Shown here: positions 1 to 12,842 of the stretch, one piece after another | How the letters are laid out: each line of letters starts with the position of its first letter | Numbering within the stretch: position 1 is the stretch's first letter | From: the human T2T-CHM13v2.0 reference genome, Homo sapiens | DNA: 64,000 nucleotides | Assembly: GCF_009914755.1 (NCBI RefSeq) | Contig: NC_060944.1 | Direction: 5' to 3' (one strand) | The notes under the pieces: model-generated | Told to the model about the DNA's origin: nothing | Seen by the model: only the letters and a program-made list of their open reading frames with translations | Databases searched by the model: none | Position numbers and translations under genes: made by a program

Positions 1-524
1 ACACACACACGGTTTTTGAGCAGGGTGAGAAGTTAGGTCGTTTGCATACACACTGGCTGTGGCCAGCCTGGGGGAACCAGTGTCCCATTTCCTAGAAGGC
101 TGCTGTTGCCCTTCGCTCTCAGAGGCAGCAAGGCCCAAGACTGGCCTCATTTCTCACCCCAAGGTGCCCCCTGCCTCTCTGCCTTCTCTGCAGGTTCGGT
201 GCCCCTTCCTTGGTGAGTGGACACACAGCACTGATGCTCTGTCTGCAGTGGGCATTTGCAGGTGCTGCACCCAAAGGCCTGTCTTCCTTAGCACCCTATG
301 ACACTGTCTTACAAGGATTGTGAAGTATGTGTTGGGCAGGGTCTCTCCAGTGGGCTCAAGGACAAAATGCTGTGAGGCGTTTGGAGGGACAGTGGAAGGG
401 AGAGCCACAAAAATGGGCCATTTTGAAAATATGAAATCAGGGGGGTCAAAGGGTTCAGGGCCTTTTTCCAAAGACAGCGTCGGAATGGGATATAGACAAG
501 GCTGATAGGGTGGAAATAACCCAC

Positions 525-773
525 CTGGCTTGTTCCCTGAGATAACTAGAGGAAGTAGGATTAATGGAATAAATGACAGTTTTGAAAAGGCTCAGGTAAA
601 AGCAGTTGTTTGTAAAATCCTTGTCCTAGGCAGAATTTGGCATGGCCATTTCCTGTCCTTCCAATAGCACCGCATTCAGATTCACCGTGACCACTAACAT
701 CCAGTGTACTTTTTACCATTTCTTTGTAAGGCGTCTCTACAATCTCTTTCTCCAACAACTTTGAAGTTACCAT
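525..773 (-). other. Candidate exon containing a 70-aa smORF (561-773)
   Basis: Minus strand: acceptor cacctcctag|ATG at 773, donor CAG|GTGGGT at 525; unique sequence; no recognisable homology. Confidence 0.15.
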
Positions 774-877
774 CTAGGAGGTGCCTGCCCTGGGGACTCT
801 GTAAGTTCCTCTGGTACAAGGCCCATCATTTGCAGGGAGTGGGAGGGATTACAGGAAGAGGCAAAGAGCGAACCACC

Positions 878-878
<1 letters not shown>

Positions 879-920
<42 letters not shown>
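879..920. repeat. (GT)n microsatellite
   Basis: GTGTGC(GT)18 read directly. Confidence 0.98.
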
Positions 921-921
<1 letters not shown>

Positions 922-991
922 GGAGGGAATAGAGATAGAGAAACTTTCCCTTTTCACAAATGTCAAACTTGCATAGAAAATACTGTTGCAA

Positions 992-1307
<316 letters not shown>

Positions 1308-3042
1308 AAAATACTCTTGCAAATCTGAGTGCCCACTTAAATTCTGTCAATTTCACCCAGTGTGGATGAATTCAGTGCTACCACTGTCCTCTCCCCCACC
1401 CTGCCTGCCTCTTGCTGCCTACCTCTCCAGATTAGGACAGCCCTTTTTGTATTTCCCTCCAGCAAACACGCTCCCTACTCCTATCCAAGCCCCATTCATT
1501 CAATAGAGATCAGAGAAGACATGACAACAAAGAAGAGACACAACTGACTGAAATTCTTCAAGACCCAGGACGCACCTGAGTCCATTCCAGGCCCCACACC
1601 TGTGGAATGGGGCTTATGCCACGGCTCTGCGAGGCAGTCCCATGAAAAGATGAGCTGGAACTGTCAGAGATGGTGGACCAGGTGAGGCCCCTGGCCTTCT
1701 TTTTCAAATCTCTCTACATACACCATCCATCTTTGCAGCGATGACTACGCAGGGCCGGAGGTGGTAAGCTGGCAGGGCTGGCAATCAGGTGGAGGTTTCC
1801 CACTGCTGGTTTTGTCATCTATTGACTCAAGCATCCTGCCTTTTACCTAGAGCAAACAACTCAGCAATGAAATCCCATGATTCCCCAGAGCTTGGGTTTG
1901 CTGCAACCCACACATGGAGGGCTAAATTAAGCTGTTTGCACCTTGGCTGACATCTTCTAAATGGTTCTGTGGATAATGGTGTTTATCCCCTGTAGAGACG
2001 GGGCGACACAGAGGGAAGAACTCAAAGGTAGGATTCCTTGAGTAAACAAAGCTCACCGGTGAACTAACCATCCCCGTTTAAATATTTAAATTCTAGCTTC
2101 AGTGGAGAGGAGAATGTGTCATTAAATATTGTCAGGCTCCTGTGTTTATTCCCATTTCAGTAACACGGGGTCCACTGGAGAGTGTTTTATCCCCCTCTGG
2201 CCTTTGTGCGCACTGCTCCCTGAGCCAGGAGCCTGCTTCTCCCTCCCACTCTTCCTGGCTGACCTTAGTCAGGGGTTTGACGTCACTCTCTAGCTGCACC
2301 TCCCACGCTCCTGCAGTACCCTGCACTCTCCTCATCATAGAACTGATCAGAGTGGGTTGTAATTGCCCATGCACTTGTCTAAGTCCTCATGAGATCAGAA
2401 ATAGCTGCTGCGTTGCTGTCCTCACAGCCTGGACCAGGCTGAACAGAGCTGAGCTGGCTCTGAAATGGCCAAAGGCACAAAACTCAAAGAGCAGATTCCC
2501 AGAGTTCAAGGGTCAGAAAAGCAAGAGTCCTCTTCAAGCCAGTGGCGCAGTGAAGGTGCGGTGAGGAGAGGCAGGCAGGCAGGAGCTGCGGGCATGGGGA
2601 CCAGGCCTTGGAGTAAAATTCCTGGTGGCTGGAGTTCCAGATGGCAGCGGTGAACTGTACCAGGGTGCCCAGGACTCACTCCGGGGCTGCTGGCTGAGGA
2701 TCAGGAGGGGCAGGCAGGGGTTTCATGGTGCTGGGATGGGCCAAAGGCTTAACACTGGGCATGAAGAGTCCTAAGCTGGTTCTAGAAGCCCACCCTGAGG
2801 GGTGCCTGGCCTCCACAGCACTGGTCCAGAGAGTGTGGCAAACTCAGGAGTGGCTCGGACATGGAAGCTCCAACAGTCAGGCAGGTGAGATGCTGCATAC
2901 CAGGCAAGTTCAATTCATAGCAGGATTCATCTGGGGCTTGGGGATGTGGAGTGCAGGAGCCAGGCCCTGGAGGTGGGAGATGATACCAATAGAAGGGTTT
3001 CAGGGTCCAAGCAGAGCCAGCGAGGAAAAAAGCATGAGCTTT

Positions 3043-3465
3043 TATTAGGCTGGGTTTCCCAGAAGCAGACCCCGTGACAAGGACTCCAGGGCAGGTGGCT
3101 TATTTGGGAGGTGAAGGAAATGCGGGGAGAGTGAGGCAGTGACACAGGAAAGGGAAGGCCGCTGAGGTGCGTTATGCAATGAATGACTACAGTGGTAGCT
3201 GGGGCTCTGTCCTGCTGGGAGCTCAGGAAGCCAGGGTGGAACATGTTAGGATTGCCCCACCTGAGGAGTGAGGGAGCTGGGGCATTTACCCACCACGTCC
3301 CATCAGCCACTTGTTGAGAGCTGGTCTCCAAGGACATTGATTTATTCTCCCTTTAAAGTGACTTTAGTACCAGAGGAGACCCTCAGACAGAGATGGGGGT
3401 GCTGGCAGTGGGAGGCTGGGCCAGTGTGCACTGGATTCATCAGGCCTGAGGGCTAAGCTGCTACA
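3043..3465 (-). mobile_element. ERVL solo LTR, LTR16-family
   Basis: ttaggctgggtttcccagaagcagacc...tatttgggaggtga matches the reverse complement of the LTR16 3' end. Confidence 0.75.
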
Positions 3466-3879
3466 AGCTTCAATGTAAACACTCATCCCTGGAGTATCTG
3501 ACCTGAGGGCTGGTTTTGAGCAGCCAGACTGCGTCGTGTGGCTATGAGCGCACTTGAGCAGGCTGCTGACACACCTCCAACCCGTGGCTCTGCATGTGGC
3601 TACTTCTGCAGGCAGCAGCTGCCGGGACTCCCCCTGGACTGAGTCACTTGTGCAGAGTCACCCTACCTGGCTCCTCTGCATACCCCTGTCCTCTGGGCCT
3701 GCCGTGTAGAAGACCCTTTGGAACTACTGGTTGAACAGAACTAAAATCCAGTTTGGGAGGGTCAAAGAGGAGAGGGGACCAACTGCTCACTTGAAGGTCC
3801 TGAGGCCACCATCAGTGACCTATATCCCAGTAGGAATGCCCACCACATGTGAGCCCTTGGTAAAGAGCTGCAGCAGCAT

Positions 3880-4040
3880 ATTAACATCAGCTGATGTCCA
3901 CAGAGAGCTTTCTGCCTGCCAGGCATGGTGCTCTAATGCTCACATACATTCTCTCATTCCGTCTGCATTACCCTCCTAGCTAGGTCCTGAAAGTATCCGC
4001 ACTGTACAGATGAGGAAAACTTTCGCCCAAGGACTCAGTT
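3880..4040 (-). mobile_element. MIR fragment
   Basis: tgccaggcatggtgct...tacagatgaggaaaac...gcccaagg MIR core. Confidence 0.7.
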
Positions 4041-4086
4041 TCTCTTGAACTTCTTCTTTGAAAGCAGCTGCACGTGGGTTACTTAC

Positions 4087-4353
4087 CTCTTCCTTGCCTG
4101 GTACTGTGAATGCACAGCCTTTCCCAAACCCAGGCTGGTCATGCTAGGGTGAACTCTGAGCAGGATCCTTGCACTATGCGAGGGCGGAAGTGGACAGGAC
4201 TCCAGCTCTCTTTGAGCTCAGCCCTCATTTCACAGCCAGAAAATGCCTTCTGCAAGGTCACAGAGCTTGGCCTAGCAGCCCCCTCTGTGGACTCCAAGGG
4301 TAGAGCTGTAGTTATTCCTCCACAGTCCCTCTCCTGTGGATCAAAGGCAGTTT
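4087..4353 (-). other. Candidate non-coding exon (5' boundary 4249 or 4353)
   Basis: Consensus donor GAG|GTAAGT (plus strand acttacctc 4081-4089); two moderate acceptors. Confidence 0.2.
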
Positions 4354-5407
4354 CTAAAATAATTTGGCTTATGTAGCCCATTTTCTGGGCTGTATTTTCT
4401 CAGATGAATAACTTTTTTTTTTCCAGTGGGTAAGTGGATGACTTATGGGATTGTCATGCAACGTTTAGTCTAGGAGAAAAGGCCAATTTTTGGCTAGAGT
4501 CTTGTGGCTAGTAAGAAGAGCTTTGTGACCAGAGCAAGGGCTGAACCTTGGGAAAAAACACTGAAGGAACCTGAGGCAGCCCTTCCCTCAAGTGTCCTCA
4601 GCTGCCTGGCGCTGAGGTAGGTCTGGCCTAAGAGCAGGGCTGGGCAATGCCCTTGGAAGGCCCGCTTTGCCTCTTTCCCTGGTTTCAAAAACCTCACATC
4701 CTTATTCCAACACCAGGGCATTGTCTAGGAGAATGATTTTGACTGTTGCTGAAAAGGCATGTTTCTTCCTGAGATTTTTGGATGAGTTTAATTTCCACTT
4801 GTGAAAAGTGAGAGCAGTGTTTTTCCCACTGGGTCACCATCACTCTTCTGCCAAGCCTCACTCTCCCTCCCATGTGCTCCTCTCTGCCATTGGCCTGGGA
4901 GGGCCCAGGGTCAACCTTCTCCTTCAAGGCCCTGGAATGTTGTATCTCTGTCCTGTCCAACTCATCCTCCCTCAGGCCCCAGGTTTCCAAGAGACAGAAA
5001 ACCCGCGTGTCCCATTTCTATATCTTCTATTTGTCCACATCCAACGCGGAACTAGGCTGTGGTTATTTATCATGACTGTTCCCCAATATCACCTGTCTCT
5101 AGAATTAACCTGGAAAATGCCAAACTTTTCCATCAGATCCCGGGGTGGGGTCCAACATTGCCAGGCAGACCCCATTCTCTGTGGGAACTGAGAGGGAGTG
5201 GGTCTCGGGTAGAAGGCTTCCCTGGAGGCCTCCTTCTCCACGCCCCACTCCCTCAGCAAGGCCACAGCCATGTTCACATAGTGACGCTGGAGGAAAGGTA
5301 GTGGGAGGTGGTGGTGATGGAGGTAAACACAGCATGGGGTCCCAGACCAGACTGCACCATTGCACGTGCCTGGAGTGCTTAGAGAAATAATCAAACCTTG
5401 GGTCTTC

Positions 5408-5805
5408 CATCAGTTAGCTTTTCCTGCATAACAAGCTCTTTCAAAACTTGATGGCTTAATTTGCCAAGAAAGTAGATTTTAGATGCTCTTACCATCCACC
5501 TCCTCCACCAAAGAAAAGGATGTGAAGAGATGGATCTGTTAATTTGCTGGACTGTGGGAATCATTTCACTATGTAGATATACATCAAAACATCATGTTAT
5601 ATACCTTAAATATATACAACTAGAAGAAAACACTTAATAGCTTAAAACACCAGCCATTTATTTAGCTCACAGTTCTGCAGGTTTATTGCAGGAGGTCAAA
5701 GCCTGTCATTTGGATAAGCCCAGAGTCATGTGGGATGGGACCACCCAGGGCCGTGAATACGGAGAGGTGTGGACAAATTGGAGCATGGCTGCTGTCATTC
5801 ACCAG
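5408..5805 (-). mobile_element. MLT1 (MaLR) LTR remnant interrupted by an L1MA 3' end
   Basis: tcagttagctttt...cataacaa...aaaacttgatggcttaa resumes as cttaaaacaccagccatttatttagctcacagttctg after the insert. Confidence 0.7.
5460..5628 (+). mobile_element. L1MA-type 3' UTR end
   Basis: gtagattttagatgctcttacca...aatcatttcactatgtagatatacatcaaaacatcatgttatataccttaaatatatacaa; degenerate TSD 5443-5459 / 5629-5645. Confidence 0.85.
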
Positions 5806-6374
5806 ATCTCTACTCCAGACTAGAATAGAGCCAGGCTCTGGGGATGCCATGACTCAACTTTTAGCCCATTTCCTGGGTGATTCTCACACAGCTGCAGCAC
5901 AGAAAGTCAATTGGGGACCACTGCAAACAGTGACTGGCTGGGATTCCCACTTCTCATTGTAACATCATCATGAGTTAGAAGTCAAAAACTTGCAAGTAAT
6001 GTAGGTGCCTGAAGTGTCTGGTGTGGGGCGACCTGGAGTGCTCAGCCCAGGAAACACAGGCAGTCCACAGTGGAAGGAACTCAAATTCAGTTTTGCTACA
6101 TGCTGACCAGGCCCGGTCTTGTGTCCGAGTGGCATGTGGCTGTAAGCTGCTGTCCCTGGTGGGCTCAGCTGTATGGTGACTCTTTCACAGACTGTAAGAA
6201 AGGCCAGTGGTCCTGGAATGAGGGTCCACATCACTCCACGCAGACCCCCCCATTTTCATCCCGGCTGTCCCAACCGTCGGGTCAAAGCAGGGAGAGGTGC
6301 TCAGCGGTCCCCGCTTCCTTTTTTCTTTGACTCCAGTTCAGCCTCCTGCTGAAATCTTCCCTATCATCCCCTCC

Positions 6375-6562
6375 ACTTGCCTGCTTTATTTTCCCTCCTT
6401 ACCACCGTCTGATGTAGAGTTTCCCCGTGTATTTGTTCACTGCCCCGCTCTCTCCCACAAGAACATAAGCTCCATGGATGGACTCCTGTCTGTTCTGTCC
6501 ACTTCGGAATCCTCAGGTCCTGCTGCACAGTGAGCCCTTATGAATATTTCTTCATTGAATGA
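6375..6562 (+). mobile_element. L2 3' end
   Basis: ataagctccatgga...tgttctgtccact...aatatttcttcattgaatga. Confidence 0.7.
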
Positions 6563-6812
6563 GGCCCCCTTGCTGGCATTTTTCACTGTGGTTGTTTCTC
6601 TTTGCTGGCCAACCTGGCCTGCACCCCCCTCTCAGCCCTCTGTGCCTTGCTCTGTGGATGGAAGCTGTGTTGATGGCATGGAGCTTCCTCCCTTGAAGGC
6701 ACATCTTCCCCCAAGTCCATTTGCATTGCAAGAATTTTCTCTTGAGGAGTCTGAGAGAGATGATAAAATCTCCCAATTTCCTCAGAGCCAGGCCTCACCT
6801 GGAGGCAGAGGC

Positions 6813-6836
6813 GGGAGGGAGGGGGCGAGGGAGGGG
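6813..6836 (+). other. G-quadruplex-forming motif
   Basis: GGG-A-GGG-A-GGGGG-CGA-GGG-A-GGGG, five G-tracts with 1-3 nt loops. Confidence 0.7.
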
Positions 6837-7049
6837 CCTGAGTGTTGGAAGGGGTTTGAGGCTTTGGCTTCCAGTGTTCCTCCCATCCCAGGTCTAGAAC
6901 ATAGACCATTAGGACTAGAAGGTCCGTAGCTGTAATTTGTGCCAGAGAACTAGAGATGGGGAGGCTGTGTGAGTGTCTGGTGTGGGACTTGCTGCTTAGG
7001 GAATCACAAGACCCCTTACCTGGGGCATTTTAATTTGTGCCCCCAGGTC

Positions 7050-7170
7050 TTACAGGTGAGGAAATAGAGCTGCAGAGATGTTAGAAATTTGCCCAGGGCC
7101 CCAGAACCGATGTGAGACCCCACCTCACACCTCCCACCTCCCACCTTGTTCCACTATGCCATCCTGTCCC
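7050..7170 (-). mobile_element. MIR fragment
   Basis: ttacaggtgaggaaatagagctgcagagatgttagaaatttgcccagggcc. Confidence 0.65.
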
Positions 7171-7271
7171 CCTATATCTTGAGAGGGTGAGCAAGATGGA
7201 GTTTCTTTACCAAACCCAATTTTATTATATTTTATTTTTTATTTAGAAATTAAATTTTTAATTTAAAGTAT

Positions 7272-7429
<158 letters not shown>

Positions 7430-8698
7430 TAAAACATTTTTAGCAAAAGAGAAAAGGATTTTACAATTTTATAAAGACAAAAACTGCCAGGAGGCCTGGG
7501 GTCAAATTGTTCAAGAGAAAACCAAAGCCCTCCAGATAGACTTTTGATAAGTCAGTTTAAAATATAAGGGACAAGGAGAGCAACATGGCAGGACTCAGTC
7601 TCTGTGGCTTTTGGGGGCGATGTTTCCGCAGCACAAATTTGGTACTGTCATTTCTCAGACACCATCATCCAACTGCTTGTTTTCCATCTTGCTGGAAGCA
7701 GCCGTGAGCAGCCCAGGCTGTTTTAGATCACGGTTTATTGGCTGGAGATGTGGAGCATTTCCAAGGGCCAAATGTTTCAGGCAGACACACCATGTTCCTA
7801 TTAGGAAACTCGGGACTTCTTGGATGAGAACATCTCACATAAAACATGAAAATTCAGCAGTTCCAAGTATCAGAGAAGTTGCAGATCTGGGTCCTTTTCC
7901 AGTATGCCTCAGAACATGTCCAGACGACCCACTGGAAATGGCATGTTGCTTTCGGATGCTAGGAGGGTGGCCTGCAGAGGTCTCCCATAGTCCAGTCCAC
8001 ACGGGGCTGGTGGTGTCACCCCACCACCCTGGGGCTGCACCTCCAAAAGGGCTCAGCTTCACATGACACTCCTTCAGAGGAGATGCTCTGGGCTTCATCT
8101 GTGGGGCAGTGGATTTCCCCTCAGCCTCCCTCCCAGGGGCCTAGCAGAAGGGGAGGCTAATCCACCCCTGCCAGAGCGTCCCAGATTGTAACTGGATCTG
8201 TGCATTGGGGCCCATATTGCACAAGGACAGTGTCTGCTCAACTTGCCTCCCCCAGCATCCTTGGCTTTAATGTCAACAGCCAGTGCCTGAAGCCAAAGGG
8301 GTGCTGATTCTCCATTGGTATCCGTGGAAGGACATAAAGGGGCCATTCACCGGCACCTCTCAGAGTTGTCAACCACCCAAGAGACAGCTACCAAGAGACA
8401 AGCCTGGGCAGAAAAGGTCTATGGGGATGAGCAAAGGAGAGACCTGGACATGAGTGAAAGCCCAGCCCTATGCCCTGAAAATTTGGGAGCCACATAAATG
8501 TTGGAAATGTTTCCCTACTAAAGGGATCCTACTGGGTTGTCTGAAGACCAAGAAGGGAATCCTACGGGCTGCCAGAAGGATTCATTGTCAACTTCCAAAA
8601 CAACTGTCTGAGCCCAGCAATAATCAGTAGGGGAGTTACAGACACCCTCCAGTTTAATGGGGTTATTATTCATTTTTGTCCTCAAAGGTATATGTTCA

Positions 8699-9134
8699 TG
8701 TGGAGGCCAAAGCATCTCCATCTTGAATGCTAATCTGCCATGTTGACTTCTGATGAACCTCTGTTCTGGGAATGCCTCTAAGATTTCTACTTTATCTACT
8801 AATACCAAAAATCCTACCCTTAGGTCAAATCAAGCTTGACCATAGGTCCTGTCCTTAGGCAGGTTCACATAGCATTCTTGCCTTTCCCTGGTGGAGAAGT
8901 GGGGGCTTGGCTTCAATTGTCCTACACATTACTTCCCTATGGCATACAAGCCCTGGGTCTGGGGGTGATGGCACAGGGATCCACCACCTTGTCTTGCTGT
9001 CCCCCGAGATACAGATGTGGCTTCTGTTCCTAAGTCCCTGTTAAATATTTCTTTCTGAGAAACTGCTTATGTCAGCCTCTTTCTTCAGCCTCTCAGCTTC
9101 CTTGAACTTTTTGGGGGTAGGTCTGCATAGAACA
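8699..9134 (+). mobile_element. ERV1 solo LTR, MER31-family
   Basis: TGTGGAGGCCAAAGCATCTCCATCTTG start, gggtaggtctgcatagaaCA end. Confidence 0.85.
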
Positions 9135-9140
9135 GTCTGG

Positions 9141-9750
9141 CCCAGATCTCTGCCCTGAAATTCACGTCTATCTATCCCACTGCCTATTTGGCATCTCCAC
9201 TCAGATGCCCAGCAGGCATCTCCCATTTCACATGTCCAAAGCAAGCTCCAGTCACTTCCCCATCAACACCTCCTCTTCCTGGTCTTTCTTGTCTCAGTTA
9301 ATTGCAAGTCTACCCTTCTGGGAGTGTAGGCAAAACATTTTCCAGGCACCCTTGATGCTTCCCTTTGTTCACACTGTGCATGCTCCTGGTGGCTTGACCT
9401 TCAAAATATGCCAGAACTGCCCATTTCTTACAGCCTCCATAGTCCCCATCCTGGTCCAGAACACTGTTAACTGTTGTGTGCAGTTTTGTGGCAGTCTCCC
9501 ATCTGGTCACCCCTTACTATCCTTCCTCAGCACAGCAGCTGGAGGGATTCTCTTAAAAACAGGTTGGATTGTGCTGCTCTGCTGCAAACCACGCAATGGC
9601 TTCGCATTGTACTCAGAGTAAAATACAAAGTTCTGACTGTGGCCTAGAAGGCCCTGCATATTCTGGGCTGCCATCCTCTCTCTGACCTCATTTCCCAACC
9701 TGCTTTCCATGTTCCTTCCTCAGGACCTTTGTGCTTGCTGCACACCTCTC
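9141..9750 (+). mobile_element. L2 fragment
   Basis: cccagatctctgccctga...catctccactcagatg...cacagcagctggagggattctc...aaggccctgca...tcaggacctttgtgcttgctg. Confidence 0.85.
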
Positions 9751-9927
9751 GTTGAGCTAGCCATCATTGAAAGCACCTTTGCAAAATGATAATAGTAACA
9801 GAAATTTGACAGAGTTGACTCCATCTTGCTTCTAACCTGCAAGCTGTCCTTGATTATTCCTGGGCATAGGCCAAGCTAATCTTGGGAGAAATTTAGTTTA
9901 TAGTTTAATCTTAAAACAAGGATGCTT

Positions 9928-10267
9928 GGTCAGGCATGGTGGCTAATGCCTCTAATTCCAGCACTTTGGGAAGCTGAGGTGTGAGGATTACTTGAGCTCA
10001 GGAGTTTGAGACCAGCCTGAGCAACACAGGGAAACCCCGTCTCTCCAAAAAAATAAAAACATAAAAAGAAAAAAAAAAAGAAAAAACAGTAGCTGGGAGT
10101 GGTGGTATGCCCCTGTAGTCCTAGCTTTTTGGGAGACTGAGGTGGGGGGTTGCTGGAGCCTGGCAGGTTGAGACTACAGTGAGCAGTGATTGTGCCATTG
10201 CACTTCAGCTTGGGCAACAAAGCTAGACCCTATAGACCCTATCTCAAAAAAAAAAAAAAAAAAAAAA
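9928..10267 (+). mobile_element. AluJ inside LTR8
   Basis: Dimer with J diagnostics (cttgagctcaggagtttgag, gagactacagtgag); expanded middle A-tract; TSD-like aaggatgct/aagatgct. Confidence 0.93.
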
Positions 10268-10547
10268 GATGCTGTTAGCCCTTCCCAAACTAAACTGCCT
10301 TCAGGAAACTAATGAAAGGTCACAAGGTTAGTATTTTGAGAGGAGAGCCTGAATTCTTTAAGATGTAGGCTTAGTTAACCAATAACCAGCCATTATTTTG
10401 GAGGTCACAAGTGTTGCAACGTCCCAGATTGCTCCTATAGATAACATCACTACTGTAGAACCTAAGATTGGTCTCTTGAGATGTTTTTTGGACTTTTGCA
10501 TTCCTGATAACTGGCTGACTCCACCCAGACCAATGACTCATGACTGA

Positions 10548-11031
<484 letters not shown>

Positions 11032-11239
11032 ATAAACTCCTTTTACTTTCTTCTTTTTTTTTTTTTTTTTTTTTTTTTTAAGGCAGCGCCATGGTCTTAG
11101 TGAATTGATTTTGTCTGTGTAGCAGGCAGGAAGAACCCATTAGGTGATTATATCTCCAGGCAGTCAAGTGATGGCTTCCACCAGCTCTACTATGGTAGAT
11201 GCCTTGGCACTTTGTCCATCTTTAAGGTGGCTCAGATAG

Positions 11240-11610
11240 ATACTGCTGATGCCTGTCCATAGCCCTCAGTGCTCGTCTTTCTCATGTGTGTCAATGGCAT
11301 CCTTCTGGAAGCACCTGCCACTCTCTACATAGTATGCTCATGGCTTGCATGGCACAGGCCAGGTGGGCTTTGGAAATTACCCTTCCTTCCTTGTCCATTG
11401 GTTGGGACAATTCTGAAGCACATTTGACATGGTCTCCCAGAGTTCCCCAGCAGAATTTCCGTTGCCCATAGTGTTAACTGACCTGATAGCACATGTGTTA
11501 TTGGCTTCCTTCCCTTCCCCACTTTCCTATGTGTTTACTTGGATCACCTTCCAAATAAATCACTTGCTGTCAAATACTCATCTCAGGGTCTGCTTTTGGG
11601 CTTCAAGCCT
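11240..11610 (+). mobile_element. ERVL solo LTR, LTR16-family
   Basis: tgctgatgcctgtccatagccc start; ggatcaccttccaaataaatcacttg...tctcagggtctgcttttggg end. Confidence 0.75.
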
Positions 11611-11815
11611 CTGCTGGTGTGACAACTATCTAGGGAGGCATCCAAGTAGCCAAGACCCCATCTCCTTGTGACTCAAAGCTCAGTGTGCAAAGTCCCTCTT
11701 TCCTAGAGCAGTTATTGTTCATGACTTCACGTAGGCAAATGACTGTAGGTCTCAAAAATATAGAAGCAGATACATCCTGGAGGCCAAGAAAGCAGTCCTG
11801 CTGTGGTTCCATATG

Positions 11816-11991
11816 TGTTCCTTATGGCCCAAAGCATCTAGTCTGCAGTTAAAATACCCATGCAGACCCAAAGAGGCACTGGCTGAAGATGATGTAGCAG
11901 GGGACTGTGGCTGGGCTTGAGCTGGGACCTACTTTCTTCTGCCAGGAGGTTGGGTGATTTCCCAGGCCAAGTGTCTCCAAGTGTCTGCATG
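11816..11991 (+). repeat. Local direct duplication, copy 1 (176 bp)
   Basis: Manual alignment to 12677-12842: 15 substitutions over 166 bp plus a 10-bp tandem insert ccaagtgtct. Confidence 0.95.
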
Positions 11992-12144
11992 TTCCTGTAG
12001 TCCTGCTCTGTTCCTCGCTCACATGCCAATGGACCACCATCCTTGCTGGTGTTAGTAATTTAAGCTTTGATCACCCAGGGGGAAGGGAAAATCAACCTTA
12101 GTTCCTATGAGACCTTGGAGTTTCAGAGCCCAGGTTTTGCAGAT

Positions 12145-12646
12145 TGTCCTGGTAACTATGGCTGTGGAGCAAATCATCTTAAATCTAGTGGCTTAAAACA
12201 ATGACAACATTTATTTTGCTCATAAATCTGCAATTTGATCAGAGTTTGGCAGTAGCTCATCTCTGCATCCTTGGCATCAACTGGAGCACCTCAAAGGTCA
12301 AGGGCTGAAATCTTCACTCATCCATGTGTCTGGGAGTTGGTGCTGGGAAGATGTGAGCAGCCAGAGCTGGGACAGCAGGGGTCTACAGGAATCTCTCTCT
12401 GCTCTCAGTGGTCTCTCCATGGGTTCTCTTCAGGGTGATGACTTTAGGGCAGCCAGACTTCTTACCCAGTAGCTCAGAGCTCCAAAGCTACATGTCCTGA
12501 GTGAGAGGGATCCTGGTGGAAGCTGTGTGACTTTTTATGATTTAGCCTAGGAAATTATACAGCATCACTTCTGACACATTCTGTGGGAAGGAGTTATAAA
12601 GCTTCACCCATACTTGACCATGTTCGGTAAATATAATCTGCCACAC
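12145..12646 (-). mobile_element. MLT1 (G/H-like) LTR
   Basis: tagtggcttaaaacaatgacaacatttattttgctcataaatctgcaatttg...cagcatcacttctgacacattctg...aatctgccaca. Confidence 0.85.
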
Positions 12647-12676
12647 AGATCTTTGATTTGGAGTCTGATGGTGTGA

Positions 12677-12842
12677 TGTTCCTCATGGCCCAAAGTATCT
12701 AGTCTGCACTGAAAAAGCCCATGCAGACCCAAAGAGGCATTGACTGAAGCTGATGTAGCAGGGGATTGTGGCTGGGCTTGAGCTGGGACCCACTTCCTTC
12801 TGCCAGGAGACTGGGCGATTTCCCAGGCCAAGTGTCTGCATG
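12677..12842 (+). repeat. Local direct duplication, copy 2 (166 bp)
   Basis: About 91% identical to 11816-11991. Confidence 0.95.

Noticed and set aside
7912-7931. p53 response element (gaacatgtcc)
   Set aside because: Only one half-site matches
11816-12842. Doublet as LTR pair or giant TSD of a new element
   Set aside because: No internal coding or primer-binding features; the spacer is an older MLT1 plus unique DNA, and the repeat is far longer than any TSD
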